From: an uncultured Vicinamibacterales bacterium
Lineage (GTDB): Bacteria; Acidobacteriota; Vicinamibacteria; Vicinamibacterales; UBA8438
NCBI GenBank assembly: GCA_958295905.1
Contig: OY282382.1
Span: 4,582,910-4,646,909, forward strand
Length of the DNA stretch: 64,000 nt
Direction: 5' to 3'
The notes beneath the pieces were generated by a model. The model had not been told where the DNA came from. It saw only the letters and a list, made by a program, of their open reading frames with translations, and did not search any database. Position numbers and translations under genes: made by a program. Shown here one piece after another: positions 1 through 7,746 of this stretch (its first letter is position 1; each line of letters starts with the position of its first letter).

Positions 1-328
1 GGCCGGCCGGCGCGGGGACGTAACCTTCGAGATCTTCCGCCGCCTCGGTCGGGCGCCCCGCCTGCACCCGCCCCAGCAGCGGCACCCAGCCCACCGGAGA
101 CGCCGGCCCGCCGCCGATCGGCAGGCGATAGCCCCGGGCCCTCCCCCGATCCGCCGACAGCCGCCGCTCGGCGACGAGCTTCTCCAGGTGATACCGCGCC
201 GTGTGCGGCGTGCGGAAGCCGAACATCCGCTGCACCTCGCGCACCGTCGGCGGATCGCCGGCGAGCAGCCGGTCGCGCACGAACCGGAACACCCGGTCGC
301 GGGTCTGCCCCGCCCGTGTCCGGCTCAT
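1..328 (-). CDS. lexA: LexA repressor, N-terminal part (gene runs off the left edge)
   Basis: My own minus-strand translation from ATG at 326-328 gives MSRTRAGQTRDRVFRFVRDRLLAGDPPTVREVQRMFGFRTPHTARYHLEKLVAERRLSADRGRARGYRLPIGGGPASPVGWVPLLGRVQAGRPTEAAEDLEGYVPAPAG. This shows a wHTH followed by the VPLLGRVxAG hinge/cleavage-region signature of LexA. It is absent from the ORF track because it is edge-truncated. Confidence 0.85.
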   Translation of the reverse strand, partial: MSRTRAGQTRDRVFRFVRDRLLAGDPPTVREVQRMFGFRTPHTARYHLEKLVAERRLSADRGRARGYRLPIGGGPASPVGWVPLLGRVQAGRPTEAAEDLEGYVPAPAG

Positions 329-335
329 ATCCGGA

Positions 336-364
336 GAATATAATACATCTGTATCATAAAGCAA
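336..364 (-). promoter_or_regulatory. putative lexA promoter with a palindromic operator (candidate SOS box)
   Basis: This is the only AT-rich stretch in the area. The minus strand reads GTTGCTTTATGATACAGATGTATTATATTCTCCGGAT-ATG. TTGCTT (-35-like) is followed by a 16-nt spacer and TATATT (-10-like) ending 8 nt before the ATG, which implies a leaderless or near-leaderless mRNA. The perfect palindrome ATACA-GA-TGTAT (343-354) lies in the spacer, the classical repressor position. Confidence 0.4.
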
Positions 365-578
365 CCCGGTTCCCGTTGAAGAGCGGAGACCGGAACCAGC
401 CGGCGCCGGTCGACCGCGCCCGGCCAGCACAAGGCCCCGGCCTTCAGCAGGCCCGAGCCGGACCAGCGCGCGTTTTCAAATCTTCACCTTCACGGGGCAG
501 GATCGCGGCCCGGCCCGGGCCCGCGATCTGTTCGCGCCAAGACCGCGCCGTTTCGTCCCATCTTCTGACGGTTTCGTC

Positions 579-747
579 CATGACCATCCCACTCGCCGCC
601 ACCGCCGTGCGCAGGCAGCATCGTGGCGGGTCCCGGGGCTCCGGACGTGCGGAATCGCGGGTCTCACGCGGCGCCGGCCGGCAAGACGGTGGCGACCCCT
701 CGAATCGGGGGCGAACCGTCACGCGCAGTCAGCGTGGGATGCCCCTG
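579..747 (-). mobile_element. MITE-like element, family 1 (copy A)
   Basis: A 169-bp element with imperfect terminal inverted repeats (CATGACCATCCCAC... and ...GTGGGATGCCCCTG). It is flanked by a perfect 10-bp direct repeat CGGTTTCGTC (569-578 and 748-757), which I read as a target-site duplication. The same element recurs at 19941, 35221, 35404, 46216 and 46400, with fragments at 9877 and 53212. It has no credible coding capacity. Confidence 0.75.
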
Positions 748-900
748 CGGTTTCGTCACCCGCCTCTTTCCCGTCATCCGCTTCCCGGCTACACTGGCCG
801 TACGGCGACAGCAATGCGCGCCACGCGCGGTCCGGGTGGGGGTCGCCGACTACGAGAAGATGCTGGAGATGAAGATGCTGGAGTTGCCGGGGAGGGCCTC

Positions 901-1340
901 GTGACCCGGGTGATCGGTCTCGCCGTCGCTCTCGGGTTCGGTTCGGCCGGGCTTGGCGGGGCGCAGGAACCGCCGGCGGCCGACCGGCAATGGGCCGCGC
1001 TCGTCGACGATCTCGACCGGTCCGTCATCGCGGGCGACGCGCAAGGAATGACCGCCGCGCGGGACGCCGCCCGGCGGGGGCTGGAGGAGGCGCCGCGCGG
1101 AGCGGCGCAGGCGCGGCTCCGGTACCTGCTCGCCTACGCGAACTGGCGTCTGCTCGGGGCGAATCCGGCGCCGGACGGCGACGAACGCGACGCCCTGGCC
1201 GACGAGGCGGAATCGATGCTGAGGGCGAATCTCGACGTGCGCGACGACGACGTCGAGGCGCACGCGCTGCTCGGCGCCGTCTACGGGATGAAGATCGGCT
1301 CCTCGATATGGCGCGGCATGACCCGTGCAGCGCCTCGGCC
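901..1340 (+). pseudogene. secreted helical-repeat (TPR-like) protein, apparently 3'-truncated
   Basis: A GTG at 901 gives a signal-like N-terminus (VTRVIGLAVALGFGSAGLGGAQEPP), followed by plausible helical-repeat sequence (RLRYLLAYANWRLLG...VEAHALLGAVYGMKIGS). Coding quality collapses after about 1320. The part of ORF 316-1461 upstream of 901 runs through MITE copy A and is not coding. Confidence 0.35.
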
Positions 1341-1430
1341 TGACGGGGGCGCTGCAACGCACGCTGCGTTCGACGAACAGCATCGAGAATCTGAAATGGC
1401 AGCGTCGAGCGCAACGGTGACTGGCTGTGG

Positions 1431-3865
1431 GTGGTATTCTGCGCCCAGATCAGTTCCTTGATGCGATTGGGACGGCCGAAGGGCTTCTCCTTCGAGTACT
1501 CGGCGACCTTCGGGCAGGCGGTCAAGGGCAACCCGGGCCTCGGCGACCTCTATGCCCGCGGCACCCTCTTCGACTACTCCTACCGCTGGTTCTACGGCGA
1601 CGGCTTCGGCAAGGACTACCGGATCCTGAACCTCGAAGACGACAGCAGCGCGGAATGGATGGCCAGCTACCTCACCGCCTGCCTGCTCGCCTTCTTCCAG
1701 CAGCAGCGGCTCTACCGCGAGCACGAGGCGGCGCTCCGTCCCTTCAACCTGGAGCGCCCGCTGTGGATCTTCGTCGGCGGCCGGGTCACGCTTGCGAAGC
1801 GCGACGCCTCGGACATCGTCGAGATCCTGCGCTTCCTGGCCGGCTACGTGTCGGACCGCGCCGGCAGCATCGCGCGCATCCGGGAGATCCTGACCCGCGG
1901 GCTCGTCTCCGCGTCCGGGGAGAACCTCTTTGCCGGGCGCTTCATCCATCTCGACACCAGCGGGCGGTCGCCCGAACAGGTGTTCGACGAGACCCTGGAG
2001 CTCCTCTTCAACGCGCCGCGCGGCGGTGCGCTGCACGTCGAGAACCTGAAGGGGGCCGCGGGGGAGGTGGCGTTGCGGGTGGGGGAAAACGAGCCCTTCG
2101 GGGTCATCAACGTCGGCGACGACGCCAAACTCGTGACCCTCTGCGAACGGGAAGGGTTCAACGTGGCCGAGCGGGAGTTCGCGGGCTCGCTCTTCCATGA
2201 TCTCGCCGCGCCCCGTTCGACCGTCAACGTGCTCATCGGCTCCCGGAAGTTCACCGAGGGGTGGAATAGCTGGCGCGTCGGCACCATGGGGCTGATGAAC
2301 GTCGGGCGCGGCGAGGGGGCGCAGATCATCCAGCTCTTCGGGCGCGGCGTGCGGCTCAAGGGCTGCGGAATGAGCCTCAAGCGCAGCGCGAGGGCGGAGC
2401 TCGCGGAGGGTCTGGAACGGCCGGACTCCATCGAATCCCTCGAAACGCTTCAGGTCTTCGGCATCCGCGCCAACTACATGGCCCAGTTCCGGGACTTTCT
2501 CGAAGAAGAGGGACTGCCCCCCGACGACGGACGGATCGAATTCCACCTGCCGATCGTCAAGAACCTCGGCACGCAGCCGCTCAAGACCATCCGGATCAGG
2601 AAGACCATCAACGGCGTCAGCACCGAGTCCGGCGACGCCTTCCGCAAGCTCGGACCCGTGCCGACCCTGCGGCCACCGGACGAAGCGCCGGCAGACGATG
2701 CGAGGGCGCAGGAAGCGGACTATCTCCAGCGGAATCAGGTGGCACTCAACTGGTATCCGAAGATCCAGGCCATGGATCCGGCGGCAGCAGCCGCCTCCGG
2801 CGAGGAGGGCGACGATGCCAGCGCGACGCCCGAACAGGCCCATCTGCAAGCGGCCCACCTCGCCTTTCTGGACATTGATGGCCTGTTCTTCGCGCTGGAG
2901 CGGTTCAAGGCGGAGCGAGGCTGGCACAACCTGAACCTGTCGCGCGCCGGCATCCGCGATCTCCTGGCCGACACCACTTGGTACCGCCTGCTCATCCCCG
3001 AATCCGCGCTCGCCGCCGACTCCATCGACAAGGTCCGCCTCTGGCAGGAGATCGCGCTTGCCCTGCTCAAGAAGTACACGGAGCGTTACTACACCTTCCG
3101 CAAGCGAGAGTGGGAGCTTCCGCACCTCGAATACCGGGCGCTGACCGGGGAGGACTCGATTTCCCCGGCGTGCGCGAGGAACGCGGTGAGTACGGGTACC
3201 GCGTCCTCGTCGAGAAATCGCGGCATGACGTCATGGCAAAGCTGGAGGAGCTGAAAGCGTCGATCAAGGGCGGCGCTCTGAGACCCTGGACCTTCCAGGG
3301 CATCAGCGCCGTCTGGTTCGACAAGCATCTGTACCAACCCTTGCTCGCCCTCGAAGGCGGGGTAGTGGAAATTTCGCCGGCGCCGCTCAACCGGGGCGAG
3401 CGCCGCTTCGTCGAGGACCTGAAGGCGTACTGCGACGGCAACGCCGCCGCCTTCGAGGGCAGGGAGCTCTACCTGTTGCGCAACCTGAGCCGGGGCCGCG
3501 GCATCGGCTTCTTCGAAGCGGGCAACTTCCACCCCGACTTCATTCTGTGGCTGCTCGCCGACGACCGGCAGCACGTCACCTTCGTCGACCCGAAGGGTAT
3601 CCGCAACGTCGGCGCGGACGATCCGAAGATCCGCTTCTTCGAGACCATCAAGGAGATCGAGCGGCGCCTCGGCGATCCGAAGGTCGCGCTGGATTCCTTC
3701 ATCGTGTCCAGTACGCCTTCACACGTGATGAAGAAGCTCTGGGGCATCGGCAAGCCCGAGATGGCGGCGCGGCACATCGCATTCCAGGAGGAAGACCGGG
3801 GTTCGTACATCGCTGCGATACTGCACGGCATCGGGGGCGAACGGGTCGCGAGGAGCGGGCGGTAA
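1431..3865 (+). pseudogene. SF2 (ResIII-type) helicase fused to a PD-(D/E)xK nuclease; 5'-truncated and frameshifted
   Basis: ORFs 1431-3254 and 2978-3865 are one gene in two frames, with the shift near 3150-3160. It carries helicase motif III (FEYSATF), helicase C-domain signatures ([24 protein letters not shown]) and a C-terminal PD-(D/E)xK-like core (FHPDFILWL...VTFVDPKG). The Walker A and DExH motifs are missing because the frame only opens at about 1431. The total length is not a multiple of 3. Confidence 0.7.
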
Positions 3866-3944
3866 TGGCGACGTACTCCGCACTGCACGGCATCGGAAAC
3901 GAACCGGTCGCGAGGGGTGGGCGGTAATGGCGGCGTACTCCGAT
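3821..3944 (+). repeat. 2 x 62-bp tandem duplication spanning a stop/start (TAATG) gene junction
   Basis: CTGCACGGCATCGG..GCGGTAATGGCG.CGTACTCCG occurs at 3821-3882 and again at 3883-3944, at roughly 85-90% identity by eye. Each copy contains a TAATG. The duplication creates a 20-codon mini-ORF at 3865-3927 (MATYSALHGIGNEPVARGGR). Confidence 0.85.
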
Positions 3945-5073
3945 GCCGAGCTCGAGGCGCTGATGTCGGATCTCGAATCCGATCTCGTGGAACGCAAGGA
4001 GTCGGCCGTTGACGGGACGAAGATCCGGCGCAACGTCTGCGCCTTCGCCAACGATCTGCCGGAAAACGGCAGGCCGGGGGTGGTGCTGGTCGGGGTACGG
4101 GACGACGCTTCCTGCGCCTCGTTGCCGATAGATGACGCCCTGTTGACGAGACTGGCAAACATCCACGGCGAAGGCGACATTCTGCCGCTGCCTTCGATGA
4201 CGGTACAAAAACGAGTGTTGAAGGGCTGCGAAGTCGCCGTCGTGTCCGTCGAGCCAGCGGCCGATACGCCCGTGCGTTACAAGGGCCGCGTCTGGGTCCG
4301 GGTCGGCCCGTCCGTTCGCGAAGGCTCCGTGGAAGACGAACGCCTGCTCACCGAACGCCGGCGCGCTGCCGACCTGCCCTTCGACTTGAGGGCGGTGGAC
4401 GCCGCGGGCCTGGATGACTTGGACCGAGACTTCGTGTGCGATTACTACCTGCCCAATGCGATCGCGCTCGAAGTGCTCGAACGGAACACTCGCCCACTTG
4501 AGCATCAGTTGCGTTCCCTGCGACTGGTTCAGGGAGAAAAGCCGACATGGGGTGCGGTTATTGCCTTCGGATTGGATCCGCAGGCATTCGTGCCCGGCGC
4601 TTACGTTCAATTCCTTCGTATCGACGGCACTGAAATTACCGATCCGATCCGGGATCAGAAGCAGCTCACCGGGCGACTGTACGACGTGGTTCGCCGGCTC
4701 GACGAGCTCCTCGACCTGAACGTTTCGGTTCGCACCCAGGTCGCGGGCGTGCCGCGGGAGAGACAGCGCCCCGACTACCCCGTCGATGCCTTGCGGCAAC
4801 TCGCGCACAACGCCGTCATGCACCGCAGCTACGAAGGAACCAACACCCCGGTACGGATACACTGGTTCTCCGACCGGATCGAGATTGCGAGCCCCGGCGG
4901 GTTGTACGGAAGGATCACGCGCGACAACTTCGGCACGGGAGACACCGTTCGCCCAACGCTTCGGCCTCGGCGTGCCGCTCGCTCGCAACGCCTTGGAAGC
5001 GAACGGCAATCCGGTGCCTGAATTCGGATTCGAACAGACTCTCGTCGTCGCCACGGTGAGGGCCGCACCGTGA
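3927..5073 (+). pseudogene. AlbA_2/Schlafen-type + HATPase_c_4-type putative DNA-binding ATPase ('RecG-like' regulator family), copy 1, internally deleted
   Basis: Motifs LESDLVERKES, VCAFANDL, GVVLVGV, LRQLAHNAVMHRSYE and IEIASPGGLYG are present. It is clearly paralogous to the intact gene at 13744-14955. Relative to that copy, about 50 nt are missing after ...DNFGTGDT (about 4945). This puts the conserved C-terminal tail (AQRFGLGVPLARNALEANGNPVPEF) into the frame that ends at 5073. The start ATG overlaps the upstream stop (TAATG). Confidence 0.7.
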
Positions 5074-6059
5074 AAAGTATCGCCGTGTTCAACAACAAGG
5101 GCGGCGTTGGAAAGACCTCCCTCGTCTACCATCTCGCCTGGATGTACGCGAGGCTCGACTTCAACGTCCTGGTGGCGGACCTCGACCCGCAGGCGAATCT
5201 CACCAGCATGTTCCTGAACGACGAGGAGCTTGAGGCTCTGTGGGAGGAAGATCGCGAGGATGGGACGATCTACACCTCTCTGCGACCGCTGCTGGAAGGC
5301 ACCGGAGACGTCACGACGCCGTATGTGACAGAGCCCGCGCCGGGTATCGGACTGGTAGCGGGCGACATGCTGCTTTCCGGGGCGGAAGACGAGCTGACGA
5401 GCCAATGGCCGGACTGCCTTGACCGAAAGCCCCGTGCATTCCGCGTGCTTTCAGCCATCTCGCGAGCCCTGCACGGGGCAGCGGAGAAGGTTGCCGCGGA
5501 CCTGATCCTGATGGACGTCGGCCCGAACCTCGGTGCGCTCAACCGGGCGGTGCTGGTCACCGCGGACCATGTCGTCGTACCGCTGGCGGCCGACCTCTAC
5601 TCCATTCGGGGCCTCTACAATCTCGGACCGACATTGCGCCGGTGGCGGCAGGAGTGGTCGGAGCGCCGGGAGCGCAACCCGGTGGCGGGTCTGGACGTGC
5701 CGCGCGGAGACATGGAGCCGATCGGGTACGTGGTGCTTCAACATGCGGTGCGGCTGAATCGTCCGGTCATGGCGTATGAACGCTGGATGGAACGCATACC
5801 GGGCGCGTACCGTGGTTTCGTGGTCGGCAAGGCCGCACGGCCCGCCCTTTCCATGGACGATGATAAGCACTGCCTGGCCACCCTCAGGCATTATCGAAGC
5901 CTAATGCCGCTCGCGCAGGAGGCGCGCAAACCGATGTTCGCCCTGAAGCCGGCGGACGGCGTCATCGGCAGCCAGGTCAATGCCGTGCGGGGGTGCTACC
6001 GCGACTTCCGGGCACTCGCCCACACCGTGGCCCAGCGATCCGGCGTGGCGACCGCCTGA
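5070..6059 (+). CDS. ParA/MinD-superfamily ATPase, copy 1
   Basis: It has the deviant Walker A (FNNKGGVGKTS), DLDPQANLT and LILMDVGPNLG. The GTG start overlaps the TGA of the upstream frame (GTGA). It is a paralogue of 12695-13744, including the unusual C-terminal region (HYRSLMPLAQEARKPMFALKPADG). Confidence 0.85.
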   Translation: MKSIAVFNNKGGVGKTSLVYHLAWMYARLDFNVLVADLDPQANLTSMFLNDEELEALWEEDREDGTIYTSLRPLLEGTGDVTTPYVTEPAPGIGLVAGDMLLSGAEDELTSQWPDCLDRKPRAFRVLSAISRALHGAAEKVAADLILMDVGPNLGALNRAVLVTADHVVVPLAADLYSIRGLYNLGPTLRRWRQEWSERRERNPVAGLDVPRGDMEPIGYVVLQHAVRLNRPVMAYERWMERIPGAYRGFVVGKAARPALSMDDDKHCLATLRHYRSLMPLAQEARKPMFALKPADGVIGSQVNAVRGCYRDFRALAHTVAQRSGVATA

Positions 6060-6492
6060 CGTTCTTCCGGGAGCGGCGGTGGCGCTGTCGGTCCTTCAAA
6101 GCGATTCGACGGTCACCGAGCCCCACCCGCAGCACCTCATCGGCCGGCGCAGGTTCGATCATCTGTTGCCGAACGCGTGAAAGCGATCGATTCGAGCCCG
6201 GTGCCGACCCCAAGATGTTGTGGTGGCCGGGGCATCGTCCGACCGACAGCTTCGGCGTGTGCTCGCCGCCGTCAAGGCGCGTCGCTTCGCTCCGCCCCCG
6301 CTTCGCGGGGCTCTCGGCTTGGACGGCGGCTCCGCGCACGCCTGTCCAGACCGGGCATTTGTCGGACGATGCCCAACCCGCTCCCCTACATCTTGTGGTC
6401 GACGACCTGTCCAGTTCGACGCACTTTCGGGCGACTGTTGACACTCACGCTCCGTTGTCTACCTCCAGACCTCGAGAGTCGCCCTCCAACCC

Positions 6493-6628
6493 CTAGCGGT
6501 CCGTCACATTATATTTTTCGGATAGACGGACTTGAGTTTGCAGCGCGCATCGTCGATCTTCATCTGCCAATCGACACCGCGCTGCGTGCCGTTGGTGTCG
6601 GTCGACCACGCCGACACTTTGCGTAATC
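6493..6628 (-). mobile_element. IS630/Tc1-family end remnant (a)
   Basis: CTAG is followed by CGGTCCGTCACATTATATTTTTCGGATAGACGGACTTGAGT. The minus-strand reading ends ...GVDWQMKIDDARCKLKSVYPKNIM*. As I recall it, this is the conserved extreme C-terminus of IS630-family transposases, with the stop codon inside the terminal repeat. Only about 135 bp survive, and the remnant abuts the truncated IS1182 copy. Confidence 0.5.
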
Positions 6629-7619
6629 CGGCGGATGAGACCGACGTGGCCGAGGACGTGCGGTTGGGTCCGGCGGTACGGGGCGACGAGTTGCCGGCGG
6701 AGTTGCGGCGGCGTGAGGATCGTTTGGCGGCGATCCGGGCGGCGCAGGCGCGTTTGGAGGCGGCGCAACGGGCTGCGGACGCCGCGCGCGGCCGGCAGCC
6801 GGGGCAGACCCGGAATCCGAAGGGGGGCCGGCCGTACAAGCGGGCGTACGGGGAGCCTGACGAGAAGTCGCAGAGCAACTTCACGGACCTGGAAAGCGGG
6901 ATCATGAAGACGGGCAACGAGGGCTTCCAGCAGTGCTACAACGCGCAGGCGGCGGTGGACGCCGAGCACCAGTTGTTGGTGGCGACGGATGTGACGGCGA
7001 ACGCGAGCGACCAGGGGGGGCTGCCGGTGTTGCTCGACCAAGTGCGGGAGACGTTCGAGACGCAGCCGGAGACGGTGCTGGCCGACGCGGGGTACTGCAA
7101 CGAGCGGGATTTGGCGGACCTGGAAACGCGGGGTGTTGACGGTTACGTGGCGGCGGGCCGGGAGGACAAGGGGGTCGCCGGCCGCGATCTGGAGAAACAT
7201 CCGGCGACGGGGCGGATGGTGGAGAAGCTGTCGACGCCGGCGGGGCGGGCGGTGTATGCGGAGCGGAAGTGGTTGTCGGAGGCGCCGTACGGCTGGGTCA
7301 AGCACGTGCTGGGCTTCCGGCGCTTCAGCCTGCGCGGCCTGGCGCAGGTGCGGGGCGAGTGGGACTTGGTGTGCCTGGCGGGTGAACGCCAAGCGTCTGC
7401 ACGCGCTGATGGCGGCGTAACAGGGCGGCTTTTCGGCTCTGCTGACCGGAATCGCAGTTGCGAATCGCGGCGTTTTGAGGGGTGTACGGCCTGTTTTCGG
7501 TTCGCGCCGCCGGCTGGTCGAAAATCACCTGCTCGTCGACCGCGGAAGACACCTTGACGGCGTGCGTCACGACGCAAGCCATCGGGGTTCCGCGAACTTC
7601 CTGCGGCGCAGACTCCTAG
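6629..7619 (+). mobile_element. IS1182-family element, 3' half only (transposase pseudogene)
   Basis: It is near-identical to the 3' ~990 bp of the complete copy at 41884-43470 (ADETDVAEDVRLGPAVRGDELPAELRRRE...VRGEWDLVCLA). It ends in the same terminal repeat CTGCGGCGCAGACTC+CTAG (7601-7619). The 5' half is absent, and one extra G near 7382 shifts the last ~12 codons. Confidence 0.85.
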
Positions 7620-7746
7620 TGGTCCGTCACGTCATAATTCTCGGATAGACGGACTTGAGTCGAATGATGCAATTCGCCTGCATGGGGAGACTCTTCTTGC
7701 TCCGAGGTGAGTTCCCGATGACCCAATATTTTCTCGTGACACCGCA
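7620..7746. mobile_element. IS630-derived MITE (b)
   Basis: A 127-bp element bounded by CTAG on both sides (7616-7619 and 7747-7750). This is consistent with the TA duplication within CTAG that is typical of IS630. The left end matches the IS630-type ends at 6497, 15013 and 44801. The right end is an imperfect inverted copy (15/25 matches). It has no ORF. Confidence 0.5.

Noticed and set aside
316-1461. The 381-aa ORF read as a single gene.
   Set aside because: Its first ~190 codons run through the lexA promoter and through MITE copy A. Only the part from GTG 901 looks like protein, and even that decays after about 1320.
5990-6492. Possible small genes in the ~430-bp gap after ParA copy 1 (ORFs 5977-6444(-), 5993-6496(+), 6177-6626(+)).
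   Set aside because: All three overlap each other in different frames with poor, Arg/Pro-rich translations and no motifs. The region is more likely non-coding or degraded sequence next to the IS630 remnant.
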